From Flavobacteriales bacterium (GTDB lineage Bacteria; Bacteroidota; Bacteroidia; Flavobacteriales; UBA1820), in the NCBI GenBank assembly GCA_017620815.1, contig JAGAUI010000001.1:4774-68773 (forward strand): 64,000 bases of DNA, read 5' to 3'. The position numbers and the translations under genes are program-made. How positions within the stretch are numbered: position 1 is the first letter of the stretch; every line of letters starts with the position of its first letter. Below are positions 27,410-37,635 of this stretch, piece by piece. The notes below the pieces were generated by a model that saw only the letters and a program-made list of their open reading frames with translations, had not been told where the DNA came from and did not search any database.

Positions 27410-28183
27410 CTATATATCTATTTCCAATGTATCATAAGCCAAAAATACTCCACTAGGCATACAGGATTGGGCTGTGGCGTGAAAGCCCATCGTTTCGCTT
27501 ATATGGGTAAAGTATGTACGGCGAGGGTTTATACGCTTTACCACCTCCAGAGCCTCGGGCAGTATCATATGTGTAGGATGTGGGTCTGTAAGCCTTAGAC
27601 AATTGACGACCAACGTATCTATCCCCTCCAGCAATTTATAGCTATCCTCATAGATAGTTTTGACATCTGTAAGATATGCAGCCTTACCTATCCTGAAACC
27701 CAATACATCACTCCATCCGTGAGAGGCTCTTATGGGTATAATCTTTTCCCCCGCAACCGCAAATTCACTATCTCATATCTCATGTGAACGCACGCTAGGA
27801 GCACCCGGATACCTGTTCTCCCCCGTTTCAAATATATATGCAAACCTACCCTTCAATGCGTCCAAAACTTCACCACGAGCATATATATCTATGTCCTTGT
27901 TTTTAAGGTAGCATATAGGGCGTATATCATCTATACCAGCTGTATGGTCTGCGTGGGCGTGAGTGAACAGTATAGCATCTATATCATCTACACCAGCTCT
28001 TAGCATTTGATAACGGAAGTCTGGCCCACAGTCTATCAATATATTTTTACCTTCATCTGTTACAACCATAGCAGATGTACGCAATCTCTTATCTCTCTTA
28101 TCACTAGAAAAAGAAACAGCTCTAGTGCTACCTATCATTGGCACACCCTGTGATGTACCTGTACCTAGAAATATAAGTTTCAT
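27410..28183 (-). pseudogene. PhnP-like MBL-fold metallo-hydrolase interrupted by an in-frame TGA
   Basis: ORFs 27773..28183 (HAHADH motif) and 27410..27703 are in the same frame. Reading through the TGA at 27773-27775 gives ...VRSHEI*DSEFAVAGEKIIPIRASHGWSDVLGFRIGKAAYLTD..., a normal-length (~257 aa) MBL protein. Confidence 0.75.
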
Positions 28184-28190
28184 CTGTTAT

Positions 28191-29348
28191 TTATTTATGA
28201 TTTGAGGCTGTATCTTTATTTATACGACGGCTATCCATAGTTTTCCACACATACAACACGCACCCTAGTACCAATGGCAATAATAGTGATATATAGAACA
28301 TCACCGTCATACTATATCCTCCAGTAGAACTATTTTCTATCGTCAGTGAATTCTGTATCCACCATCCAGATGCAGGGTAAAAAGAAGTATTATTAAGCCC
28401 TACACTGCACATAAGCCCCCATATGGTAGATATACATCCTGCTGCTGCGTAATAAAATCCATTGCAGTCATTTATCCTGCATCCTTTTATCATTCCCCAC
28501 ATCATTAGTATAAATCCCACTATACACATACATCCTACCAGTGGCATTTCATACATATTGAGCAGATATTTGTGTGGGACTAGTGTGATATACCCCTCGG
28601 CAGAATACTCATAACCGGGGCGAACCCATATGTTTACTATGAAAAACAGAAAGAAAAGGATAAAAAACGGCATATTGTTACGCACTACCTTGGTAGCACG
28701 GCGTTCCACGTCTTCGTTTTCTATACGGTACTTAAAATACAAGGCTCCCATTACCACAGAAAGAAATACAAATGCTAGCCCCAATGAGAAATTGATATAA
28801 GATGTATATACACTCATATCTAGAAACAATTCTAGTCCTCCCATGATACCCATCCATTGAGGTTGTACCAGCCCACTTTGAGGGTGTACATCTATGGCAT
28901 AGGGGTTACCAGTAAAAAAAGTAGAAAGCATTATTCCCAGCAGTAGCGAAGCATTCAATCCACACATAGAAAGGATTTTGGTATAAAGACCTCCTCCAGT
29001 CTCCATAAAAGCAGACTTGTTACGGTATTCATAGGCACATATAGTTACAACATATGACATAAGGATAAGTGTCCATACGGCATAAGCACCAGAAAACGTT
29101 ACCGCATACAGCAAAGGAAAAACAGCCCATACCACTGCCACTCATGTGGCTATGGAAGCTATCGTCAGCCCCCATTTATGTCCCAATACACTTATGGTCA
29201 TCTCCCTTTCTATCTTACTTTTCCCCACTTGGTGAGAGAGGATTTGCCCACCAAAGATATAGAGCATCTGTACCATTACACCCGTAAGAAGTGATAGCAC
29301 TACCCACCAGTACTTCTGGAGAAAAAGATTTGAGAATTCGTGTTCCAT
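28191..29348 (-). pseudogene. cydB: cytochrome bd oxidase subunit II interrupted by an in-frame TGA
   Basis: ORFs 29142..29348 and 28191..29141 are contiguous and in frame: ...HKWGLTIASIAT*VAVVWAVFPLLYAVTFSGAY... This aligns to the conserved CydB segment (E. coli ...[32 protein letters not shown]). Combined length is about 385 aa. Confidence 0.8.
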
Positions 29349-29359
29349 ACCTATTTTCC

Positions 29360-30805
29360 CTAATTAAATCCTTTTTTTACTATATTGCTTATGACCTTTA
29401 TCTCTATCACCATCAAAAACACCAAAAACAGACCTATCGCCACAAATTCCAATTGCACAGCCATAACAGGCATAGAGGAGACAGCTGCATGCATAGGCAT
29501 AAGGTCATTAACCAACCAAGGATGATGACCTACTTCTGAAACTATCCACCCAGCATAGGAAGATAGATATACCACCACTAGAGCTATCATTGAAAGAGTA
29601 CTGAACCACTTTTTACCCTCATACCTCCTCACAAATGATAGAACCAATGCCAATACTATAATCATAAACAAATATATCCCCGAACATTTCATCACACTGA
29701 ATGCTCCTCCCACAAGAGTAGAGTCTGGCAACATATATCTAGCATTTTCTTCCATCACACTAGAGTCTGGATTATAGAAATACCCATATCCGAAATATGA
29801 GAAGTAATCTTTTATCCATACAGGGTCATAGAATTTGCGGAGAGCTATCTCATGTGCTAGAGTTCCTTTTTCGGTGTCGTTGAGGGTATATAGAGTACGA
29901 TGTGCCTCCCGACCTCGTTTTATTTTTTCATAGACAGAAAGATTTCCATTTATAGAGTCTCCCTCTACCCAATGCTGGACATCTAGGTTGGCCAGTCTAG
30001 TAGTATCGGCATCCAGTCTAGCACGATGTGTGGCAGCCCACTTGACATTTTGGGTAGAGTGAACATATTCTATGTTTTGCACACCGGTAAACACTACTCC
30101 TATCATAGCCATAAGAGCTATCACCGCTCCTATCTTTATACTATCTGTGGCTTGTTCACGATAACGCCCATACCAGAAGAAACAACTCCCCACAGCTATA
30201 ACCAGTATTCCCGCCATCATGAATGACACCGATGCTATATGATGAAAATTATAAAACGTGCCTTCAGAAAAAAGCATTGCAGAAAAATCTGTTATCTCAC
30301 ATCTTGCAGTAGTAGGATTAAAAGTCATCCCAACTGGGTTCTGCATCCACGATATGACAGATGATAGACATAGTAGAGTTATAAGTGCTCCTCCCAATGA
30401 CAGATATGTAGATAGCAGATGGAATACTTTTCCTCTATTCCACCCCAGATACATCACAGCTATAAAAGCACTCTGGAGGAAGAAAACTACTACCGCACAC
30501 AGCATTAGCGGGACACTCAACACATCGGCTGTCCACCACGCAAAGTTTGCCCAATACATACCTATGGCAAATAGCAACATAAGACCAGCTCCTACTGTTG
30601 CCACCCAATTCACAGCAAATATCCTTCCCCAGAAATGTGTCGTCTTAAGCCATTTTTCTGCTCCTGTACTCACATAAATAGTCTCTGTAACACACAGGAC
30701 ACCAGATAGTCCCAATGTCATAGGAGCAAACAACCAATAAAATCCAGCTAGCAATCCTACTACTGCCTTGGACCATTCTATGAGTGATATATCTATAGTT
30801 TCCAT
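29360..30805 (-). CDS. cydA: cytochrome bd oxidase subunit I
   Basis: 481 aa, polytopic, upstream of and adjacent to cydB. The overall CydA helix pattern is present. Confidence 0.8.
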   Translation of the reverse strand: METIDISLIEWSKAVVGLLAGFYWLFAPMTLGLSGVLCVTETIYVSTGAEKWLKTTHFWGRIFAVNWVATVGAGLMLLFAIGMYWANFAWWTADVLSVPLMLCAVVVFFLQSAFIAVMYLGWNRGKVFHLLSTYLSLGGALITLLCLSSVISWMQNPVGMTFNPTTARCEITDFSAMLFSEGTFYNFHHIASVSFMMAGILVIAVGSCFFWYGRYREQATDSIKIGAVIALMAMIGVVFTGVQNIEYVHSTQNVKWAATHRARLDADTTRLANLDVQHWVEGDSINGNLSVYEKIKRGREAHRTLYTLNDTEKGTLAHEIALRKFYDPVWIKDYFSYFGYGYFYNPDSSVMEENARYMLPDSTLVGGAFSVMKCSGIYLFMIIVLALVLSFVRRYEGKKWFSTLSMIALVVVYLSSYAGWIVSEVGHHPWLVNDLMPMHAAVSSMPVMAVQLEFVAIGLFLVFLMVIEIKVISNIVKKGFN

Positions 30806-30909
30806 ATATTTTTCCTATATAGACAGACCTATGTATTTTAAAGCTGAAAGTTAGACATTATCTACCAATTATAAAAATTTATTTTTCATCTTTTATCCAT
30901 ACTAGCCAT

Positions 30910-30950
30910 GTCAGCAAAAACGCCGCCCTGCGGGCGGCGTTTTTGCTGAC
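30910..30950 (-). terminator. intrinsic terminator after the Omp85-like gene
   Basis: 19-bp stem GTCAGCAAAAACGCCGCCC / GGGCGGCGTTTTTGCTGAC. Confidence 0.8.
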
Positions 30951-30963
30951 GAGGAAATTTTCA

Positions 30964-32211
30964 TCAGAACAATTCGTCTATACCTAGATACAGCTGAGCC
31001 CCACCATCTAGGCTCACACCTACATCGGCACGGAAGTACATACGGTGTGCCCTAAAGAGTTTAAATCTTATTCCTCCTCCCACAGTTATTTTATTCATTG
31101 ACAGAGCTTTAAGAAAATCACCTCCTACTCCTGCCGCCGACGCAAATCCCGCAAAACCAAAACGACCTATGTAATACCTGTACTCGGCTTGCAGAGAGGC
31201 GAGGTCCTTATCTATAAAACGTTTGGTAGGATAACCCCGCGAATGCACACCGTTTGAGATACCGTCCATTTCTTGGAAAGGAACATCTCCCATTGTTACC
31301 TGTGAATACCACGCAAATGCCAGCACTGAACTACCCCCTACAGGCAGATAATAACGTATGTCTATATTGTGTTTGGAGAAATTGGTAGTGCTACCAGTTG
31401 CTTGGAAATTGTAGTATCCGTCTGCCTGAACATAGAGTCCACTCATCGGCACAAACTGATAGTCTCTAGTGTCATACATAAAATGTGCCGAAAGTCCAGA
31501 TACCGTATATCCTTGTGAACCAAGTATCGTTCCGCTATATAAAAGTCCACCTTCCTCTACATCCCCCACAGAATAATCATAAAAATGATAACCTATACCA
31601 GCATACATATGATGAAATATGCGTTTATATAATACGGCTCTTATTTTAAGATTGTTTTTATCATACTGTTCTTCATCTTCATCTACAGTATAAGGCCCCA
31701 CTCCCCAGAACGAACTAGGATAATGTCCATACCCCACATACCCTCTCAAGAGCAATTTGTCCTCTTTCATATAAAATTCTGGAGAGATAGAAAAACTCAT
31801 ATCCCCATTAAACGAAAAGTCCACAGAAGCATCTATATATGAAAGACGCCTACTCTCTCCTGTAGGAAGAGGTTTGAAATTACGTATATACATACGGGCA
31901 CTACCACCTATACCTATACCACTTCTATCTGAATATGAAAATTCTGGTATTACTAGGTAGGTAATTTTTTTATGGCGGGATGTATCTGGCATAAAGAATC
32001 GCGAAGCCCCCTCTATAAAATTCATTAGTCCTGTTTTCTTGGAGCTATCGGCAGGGGAGGTCTGCTCTTGTGGGGCATACTGATACTTTATAGTATCTCC
32101 CTGCTCACTCACATAATATCCCAATGTATCCACCACATCATGAGCATATAGAGAACCTACCGCCCACAGCAGCACAATACACGACATATAAAAACATTTC
32201 CAGATATTCAC
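30964..32211 (-). CDS. Omp85/BamA-TamA-family (surface antigen) outer-membrane beta-barrel protein
   Basis: 415 aa with a signal peptide, Y/G-rich beta-strand pattern and a C-terminal ...LYLGIDELF. Confidence 0.5.
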   Translation of the reverse strand: MNIWKCFYMSCIVLLWAVGSLYAHDVVDTLGYYVSEQGDTIKYQYAPQEQTSPADSSKKTGLMNFIEGASRFFMPDTSRHKKITYLVIPEFSYSDRSGIGIGGSARMYIRNFKPLPTGESRRLSYIDASVDFSFNGDMSFSISPEFYMKEDKLLLRGYVGYGHYPSSFWGVGPYTVDEDEEQYDKNNLKIRAVLYKRIFHHMYAGIGYHFYDYSVGDVEEGGLLYSGTILGSQGYTVSGLSAHFMYDTRDYQFVPMSGLYVQADGYYNFQATGSTTNFSKHNIDIRYYLPVGGSSVLAFAWYSQVTMGDVPFQEMDGISNGVHSRGYPTKRFIDKDLASLQAEYRYYIGRFGFAGFASAAGVGGDFLKALSMNKITVGGGIRFKLFRAHRMYFRADVGVSLDGGAQLYLGIDELF

Positions 32212-32386
32212 AACTTAAAAATCAGGCATACATATAGCCCTATATTTTCTATGATGTGCCAAAGATAGACATTGTATGTGAAATACTATCCTATGGTCTG
32301 GTTAAATTTTTGTGAAGAGAGACTTGACTTTTATTTCCTTTTTGACTATATTTGATTATATTATTAACCAAACCTAGTAGAGAAAG

Positions 32387-33835
32387 ATGTCCAAAAACAT
32401 AGAAATAAAAGAAAAAGAAATAAATGATATCATAAAAAACATAAACCTACTATCACATAGTTTGGCTGGATTGGGTGATAGTTTTTATCAGGTAAGCAAC
32501 ATAATTGGCGAGATAAGCAGCTCTAGCATACACATGATAGAGTCCTTATCACAGATAAGTGAAAGCATAAAAAACATTAAACCTATTGACACCGCACTCA
32601 ACATAGCAAGCGAAAGCAACAACATAGGCACTAGCGTAGCCAATGCCATTCCTGCTACAGGAGCAGATGCAAGCACTGTAAATGGAAATAACACATCGGG
32701 AGGCAAAGGGCTAGGACTATTGGGAGGCATATTGGGAGGAATCGGTGCTGCCAGCGGTGTGGTAGGTGGGATAATAGGTATCTTCCGCCGCCGTCGTGAA
32801 GAAGAGAAAAAATACCGCCGAGAAATGGAAAAAGCTCTCTATGCCCAACTGAGTGCTGAAACCGAACTTGCTATGGCAACAGCCACTCGTCTAGCCGATG
32901 AAAAGGCTATCACTAGTGAAAAATATAAACAGCTAGAAGCCGCCAAAAACACAGGACTTGCTTCCAAAAAAGAAGTCCTATCAGATATTGAGCGTGCCAT
33001 AAGAGAAGCTGAAGAAAAGCTAGAAGGCAGATATTCCAGCGGATATAAACGCACCGAAAGAGATTTTCTAGATGCACTGCTTAAACTTAAAAACAATGCT
33101 GGGGATTTGGACTGGCTAGAGAGTGTAGGCGACAACCCTCTTATGGCATCCTCCAACGAACATTATGACCAGTACATGAGCTACTATAACAGTCTTCTCT
33201 CCATTGCCCGTGCACAAGAGGACTGGAAAAAATCACAAGAAGAACTCATAGAGGAAACGATAGGCTCCACTGCCAACGATTTGGTAGAATCATGGATAGA
33301 AGCATTTGAAAAAGGCGAAGAGGCTACTTGGGATTTTGCACAGAACTTCCAAGAAGTGATGCGTAATGCCGTTATCAACGGGTTTGCACAAGATGTCATT
33401 CTCTCTCACGTAAAACCCATATTTGATTCCTTTAAGGAAAAAGTAGCCGACTACCTAGCAGGAAAATTGGAACTGGAAGATTTGGTTACACCAGAACTAG
33501 AATCACAGATAGACAAGACACGCGACAAGATTAAGGAGATTTCTCCGGAATTGAATAAGATACTTGAAAAACTAGGACTAGAGGTAGGGAATAGTTCATC
33601 ATCTACTCTATCGGCATCTATAAAAGGTGTAAGCGAAGAAACCGCCAGTGCCGTTGCAGGACAGATGAACGCCATTCGCTCCAACCAAGTCAAGAGTCTG
33701 GAATACCTCACAGAAAGCATAGTCGTGATGAATAAAATAGAGAGCAATACACGTTATTGCCGACATCTTCAGAGTATAGACCACAGGATAGAGAGCCTGT
33801 GCAGTTCTCTTTCTGTAAACATGAGTAGAATATAG
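32387..33835 (+). CDS. hypothetical protein resembling a short phage tail tape-measure protein
   Basis: 482 aa. Coiled-coil-rich, with a Gly-rich hydrophobic segment (GGKGLGLLGGILGGIGAASGVVGGIIGIF) and a C-terminal ...SEETASAVAGQMNAIRSNQ...IESNTRYCRHLQSIDHRIESL that recalls Bacteroidota phage TMP C-termini. This is from memory with no search. Confidence 0.4.
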   Translation: MSKNIEIKEKEINDIIKNINLLSHSLAGLGDSFYQVSNIIGEISSSSIHMIESLSQISESIKNIKPIDTALNIASESNNIGTSVANAIPATGADASTVNGNNTSGGKGLGLLGGILGGIGAASGVVGGIIGIFRRRREEEKKYRREMEKALYAQLSAETELAMATATRLADEKAITSEKYKQLEAAKNTGLASKKEVLSDIERAIREAEEKLEGRYSSGYKRTERDFLDALLKLKNNAGDLDWLESVGDNPLMASSNEHYDQYMSYYNSLLSIARAQEDWKKSQEELIEETIGSTANDLVESWIEAFEKGEEATWDFAQNFQEVMRNAVINGFAQDVILSHVKPIFDSFKEKVADYLAGKLELEDLVTPELESQIDKTRDKIKEISPELNKILEKLGLEVGNSSSSTLSASIKGVSEETASAVAGQMNAIRSNQVKSLEYLTESIVVMNKIESNTRYCRHLQSIDHRIESLCSSLSVNMSRI

Positions 33836-33875
33836 GACAGAACTTTAATCCTATAAATCTTTTCTATATCCACAT

Positions 33876-33909
33876 AAAAAAACGCTCCTCTTTCAGAGGA
33901 GCGTTTTTG
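33876..33909. terminator. bidirectional terminator between the TMP-like gene and tRNA-Gln
   Basis: Stem AACGCTCCTC / GAGGAGCGTT with A6 on the left and T5 on the right. Confidence 0.75.
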
Positions 33910-33980
33910 TAGCCCTAACTGGGTTCGAACCAATACAAGCAGATCCAGAATCTGATGTGCTACCATTACACCATAGGGCT
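33910..33980 (-). tRNA. tRNA-Gln (anticodon CTG)
   Basis: Hand-folded cloverleaf: acceptor AGCCCTA/TAGGGCT, D stem GTGT/GCAC, anticodon stem CAGA/TCTG with loop TTCTGGA, T stem ATTGG/CCAGT with loop TTCGAAC. No encoded CCA. Confidence 0.75.
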
Positions 33981-34047
33981 TGAAATCGGTTGCAAATATA
34001 GTGTAGATTTATATTTCCTGCAACCTTTTTTTCTTTTTTTTCTCTTT

Positions 34048-34392
34048 TTATTTTTCTAGAGTCTCTACATCACTTTCTTTGAGAGGGTTGCGATAGTAGA
34101 TACGGTTTTCCATCCATTCCTGTACTGCTATTGCTGTAGGTTTTGGAAGTTTTTCATAGAAACGAGACACTTCTATCTGTTCCTTGTTTTCAAAAACCTC
34201 TTCTAGATTTTCGGCATTGGCTGCAAACTCATCTAATTTCTCCACCAATTCTTTCTTCATATCCACACCTATCTGTGTAGCACGGCGAGCTATTATCATT
34301 ATAGCTTCATATATATTTTCTGTAGGTGCATCTATCTCGCTTATGTTGCGAGTGATAGTGGTAAGAGGGGCATTTGATTTTTTGTAATCCAT
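34048..34392 (-). CDS. rpoZ: DNA-directed RNA polymerase subunit omega
   Basis: ENIYEAIMIIARRATQI core motif, downstream of bamD as in other Bacteroidota. Confidence 0.8.
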   Translation of the reverse strand: MDYKKSNAPLTTITRNISEIDAPTENIYEAIMIIARRATQIGVDMKKELVEKLDEFAANAENLEEVFENKEQIEVSRFYEKLPKPTAIAVQEWMENRIYYRNPLKESDVETLEK

Positions 34393-34407
34393 CTTTTAAG
34401 TGAGATT

Positions 34408-35325
34408 TTATTTCTGTTTCTTTTCTTTTTTCAATTCTTTTTTAAGTTCCTTCTTGGAAACTTCAGATGCGTCTTTTCCCAGATTGCTCATCGCTTTTTC
34501 CACGCTAGCAGTTTCACTTTCTATAAGGGCGGTTACTTTATCTACATCCTCCTTAAACTCGCTATTTGGGAATGTACGAGAGAAAAGACGGGCATATGTC
34601 ATGGCATCGGTATAACGTTCTAGTTGTTTATCGGCTACACTCTCACGAGCATATATATATGCCGATTTAAGACGATAGTACATTATCTTTTCACGGAAAG
34701 AAGTAGAAGGCATATCGTCCAGCACTCCGCTGAAGGCCACTATCGCAGCATGATATTCTTCTAGACGATAGTAGTTATATGCTATCTCGTAAGCCTTACG
34801 TTCCAGTTTATAGTTAAGCTCACGCACCATTTTGTCTGCCTGTTCTATAAATCTACCATCTGGGTATGTGTCTATATAACGCTGCAAGACAGTCACTGCC
34901 TTTTCTGTATGAGTAGGGTCTAGATAGTATTCTGGAGATATCTTATATGATGATTCGGCGGCAAGGAACACAGCTTCTTCTGCTCTAGGACTAGATGGAT
35001 ACTCACGAGCAAAGTTATTAAGCAAGTAAGACGCCAAATCATAGTTACCCATACGATAAAAAGAATATGAAACCATCCAGTCTGCCATTTCGGCGTTGGT
35101 AGTTTGGCGGAAACGCACATAGATAGGTTCCATTATCTTGGCTACCTTAACATATTCTTCTTTTTCAAAAAGAGTCTTGGCGTGTTCAAATTTCTCCTCT
35201 GGAGTACCGTCACGCAAGACATTATAAGATTTACACGCCGTGAAAAGTGCTATCACAGCTACTATAGTCAATATTTTATACGCTCTTTCTAACATAGGTG
35301 CAAAAATATGAATTTTATCGTTCAC
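34408..35325 (-). CDS. bamD: outer membrane protein assembly factor BamD (TPR lipoprotein)
   Basis: Lipobox ...ALFTAC, TPR-like helical repeats, and synteny with rpoZ. Confidence 0.75.
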   Translation of the reverse strand: MNDKIHIFAPMLERAYKILTIVAVIALFTACKSYNVLRDGTPEEKFEHAKTLFEKEEYVKVAKIMEPIYVRFRQTTNAEMADWMVSYSFYRMGNYDLASYLLNNFAREYPSSPRAEEAVFLAAESSYKISPEYYLDPTHTEKAVTVLQRYIDTYPDGRFIEQADKMVRELNYKLERKAYEIAYNYYRLEEYHAAIVAFSGVLDDMPSTSFREKIMYYRLKSAYIYARESVADKQLERYTDAMTYARLFSRTFPNSEFKEDVDKVTALIESETASVEKAMSNLGKDASEVSKKELKKELKKEKKQK

Positions 35326-35573
35326 TTGGTTCTTTTATTTTCAGATATTTGGCAAAAGTACGCAATAAGTCTTATATCTACACACTAAATTATTCATAAA
35401 TATACTCTCCAGCATTACAAATTAAATGTTAAACTCTTCCAAAACACCCATCATAGATTTTATTTATAGTGCTAGTGTTTTTTATTATTTTGTTATGATT
35501 GATTAGAATTTATTTGCCTTACATTTGTGGTGTAGAAACAAAAACATTTATAAACATATAAAATACGACCAAG

Positions 35574-36119
35574 ATGAAAAAATTTATTTGCTCTGTATGT
35601 GGATACGTTCACGAAGGTGATGCAGCTCCAGAAAAATGCCCACAATGTCGCGTTCCTGCCGACAAATTCAACGAACTAGTTGAAAGTGAAAACCTATCAT
35701 TTGTTACAGAACACGTTATAGGCGTTGCCAAAGACACAGACCCAGAAATGATAAAAGACCTTAACGCTCACTTTATGGGAGAGTGCACAGAAGTAGGTAT
35801 GTATCTGGCTATGAGCCGTCAGGCAGACCGCGAAGGCTACCCAGAGATAGCAGAAGCATTCAAACGCTATGCTTGGGAAGAAGCAGAACACGCCGCTAAA
35901 TTTGCAGAACTACTAGGTGATGTGGTATGGGACACCAAAACAAACCTTGAAAAACGCATGAATGCCGAAAGCGGTGCTTGTGCAGACAAGATGCGTATAG
36001 CTGCCCGTGCCAAACAAGTAAACTGGGATGCTGTACACGACACAGTACACGAAATGGCCAAAGACGAAGCTCGTCACGGTAAAGGATTTGAAGGTCTATA
36101 TAAAAGATACTTTAAATAA
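35574..36119 (+). CDS. rbr: rubrerythrin with an N-terminal rubredoxin-like domain (reverse rubrerythrin)
   Basis: [20 protein letters not shown], followed by ferritin-like ExxH motifs ([20 protein letters not shown]). A TAcaTTTG -7 box lies at 35520-35527. Confidence 0.85.
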   Translation: MKKFICSVCGYVHEGDAAPEKCPQCRVPADKFNELVESENLSFVTEHVIGVAKDTDPEMIKDLNAHFMGECTEVGMYLAMSRQADREGYPEIAEAFKRYAWEEAEHAAKFAELLGDVVWDTKTNLEKRMNAESGACADKMRIAARAKQVNWDAVHDTVHEMAKDEARHGKGFEGLYKRYFK

Positions 36120-36168
36120 TTATCCCCCACATAACCCTCCTAATGACTGTATAGGTATATGAACTATA

Positions 36169-36203
36169 CCGCCCGCCCTCCACAAAAGAGGGCGGGCTTT
36201 TTC
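36169..36203 (+). terminator. intrinsic terminator of rbr
   Basis: Stem GCCCGCCCTC / GAGGGCGGGC followed by TTTTTCTTTT. Confidence 0.8.
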
Positions 36204-36306
36204 TTTTCATAGACAATGCCTGTTATTGCACATTATGGTTTTATTGCGTATATTTGTTGCCCATAGGAACAAACTATTAACCATTATTAAACACACAATA
36301 TACATT

Positions 36307-37503
36307 ATGGCAAAATTAGGTACTCCGCTCTCTCCAGTAGGTAAAAAAGCTATACTATGTGGTAGCGGCGAGCTAGGAAAAGAAGTAACCATAGAACTAC
36401 AACGTATGGGTGTAGAAGTAGTAGCACTAGACAAATATCCAAATGCTCCTGCTATGCAGGTAGCACACCGTAGCTATGTACTCTCTATGCTAGATGGAGA
36501 CCGTCTAGAAGAAATCATACGTGCAGAAAAACCAGACTATATCATTCCAGAAATTGAAGCCATAGCTACCGATAGGCTGGAAAAACTGGAAAAAGACGGT
36601 TTTAATGTCATTCCTACAGCTCATGCCACACGTCTTACCATGAACCGCGAAGGAATACGTCGTCTAGCTGCCGAGGAGTTAGGATTACCTACATCACCTT
36701 ATCGTTTTGCATCTACTCGTGAGGAATTTGATGCAGCGGTAAAAGAGATAGGCATACCATGTGTGGTAAAACCCGTAATGAGTTCTTCGGGGCATGGGCA
36801 ATCTACCATTAAATGTGAAGCAGATATAGACCACGCTTGGACATATTCACAGGAAGGAGGTCGTGCAGGTGCTGGACGTGTGATAGTAGAAGGATTTGTA
36901 GATTTTGATTATGAGATAACACAGCTTACAGTACGTCATATAGGAGGTACTTCATTCCTTAACCCTATAGGGCACTACCAGAAAGACGGAGACTACCGCG
37001 AATCTTGGCAGCCACAGCCTATGACACCATCGGCTCTTGCAAAAGCACAGGATATAGCTCGCAAGGTAACCGATGCTCTAGGTGGTCGTGGCATATTTGG
37101 CGTAGAGCTATTCATAAAAGGAGACGATGTTATCTTCAGCGAAGTATCTCCTCGTCCACACGACACTGGTATGGTAACTATGATATCACAGGACCTTTCA
37201 CAGTTTGCTCTTCATGTTCGTGCCGTACTAGGTCTTCCCATACCAAACATAGCATTCCATGGTCCTTCGGCTTCACGTGCTGTGGTTGTTGAGGGAGATA
37301 GTGACCAGGTAGAATTTGGAGGTCTAGAAAATGTTTTGGCTTATCCAGACACACAGATGCGTATATTTGGCAAACCAGAGGTAGTAGGACACCGCCGTCT
37401 AGCTGTGCTTCTATCACGCAGCGAAAGCATAGAAAAAGCCCGCGAGACAACAGGCAAAATGATGGATGACCTTGAAATAATCGTTCACCCTCGCAGTAAA
37501 TAA
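36307..37503 (+). CDS. purT: formate-dependent phosphoribosylglycinamide formyltransferase
   Basis: [10 protein letters not shown]...LGSGELGKE... ATP-grasp protein with full-length PurT-like sequence. The ORF is open from 36226, but that extension overlaps the rbr terminator region. Confidence 0.85.
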   Translation: MAKLGTPLSPVGKKAILCGSGELGKEVTIELQRMGVEVVALDKYPNAPAMQVAHRSYVLSMLDGDRLEEIIRAEKPDYIIPEIEAIATDRLEKLEKDGFNVIPTAHATRLTMNREGIRRLAAEELGLPTSPYRFASTREEFDAAVKEIGIPCVVKPVMSSSGHGQSTIKCEADIDHAWTYSQEGGRAGAGRVIVEGFVDFDYEITQLTVRHIGGTSFLNPIGHYQKDGDYRESWQPQPMTPSALAKAQDIARKVTDALGGRGIFGVELFIKGDDVIFSEVSPRPHDTGMVTMISQDLSQFALHVRAVLGLPIPNIAFHGPSASRAVVVEGDSDQVEFGGLENVLAYPDTQMRIFGKPEVVGHRRLAVLLSRSESIEKARETTGKMMDDLEIIVHPRSK

Positions 37504-37536
37504 CTTTAATTTTTTTCATAATTGTAGTTTTTTTTC

Positions 37537-37580
37537 AAAACCCCTCGTCGTGCGTATTAATTAAGAGGGGTTTTGTTTTT
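37537..37580 (+). terminator. intrinsic terminator of purT
   Basis: Stem AAAACCCCTC / GAGGGGTTTT followed by a T-run. Confidence 0.7.
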
Positions 37581-37635
37581 TTTATGCATATTTTTTATAG
37601 AGAAATGTAGTTTTTTTTAGTTTCATGCGTCTAAT

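Noticed and set aside
27773-29144. Reassignment of TGA (genetic code 4 or 25) or selenocysteine insertion as the explanation for the two in-frame TGAs in the MBL hydrolase and cydB.
   Set aside because: TGA clearly terminates other genes at natural C-termini: menB at 239-241 (directly followed by a terminator), nrdJ at 3562-3564 and rnhA at 7492-7494. Almost all long genes are intact under code 11. I saw no stable SECIS-like hairpin immediately 3' of either TGA, and neither protein family is known to use selenocysteine.
30851-30857. A further TGTCTAA box upstream of cydA as another member of the ECF-type promoter set.
   Set aside because: There is no AACC-like -35 element 16 nt upstream (the sequence there is ATTTT on the gene strand). 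The flanks do not align with the other copies.
36226-36306. N-terminal ORF extensions: purT from 36226, rnhA from 6961, rplS to 61807, the oxidoreductase to 41675 and hemD to 12170.
   Set aside because: The extensions overlap upstream terminators, promoters or the preceding gene, and add non-homologous residues. Internal ATGs give N-termini that match the families.
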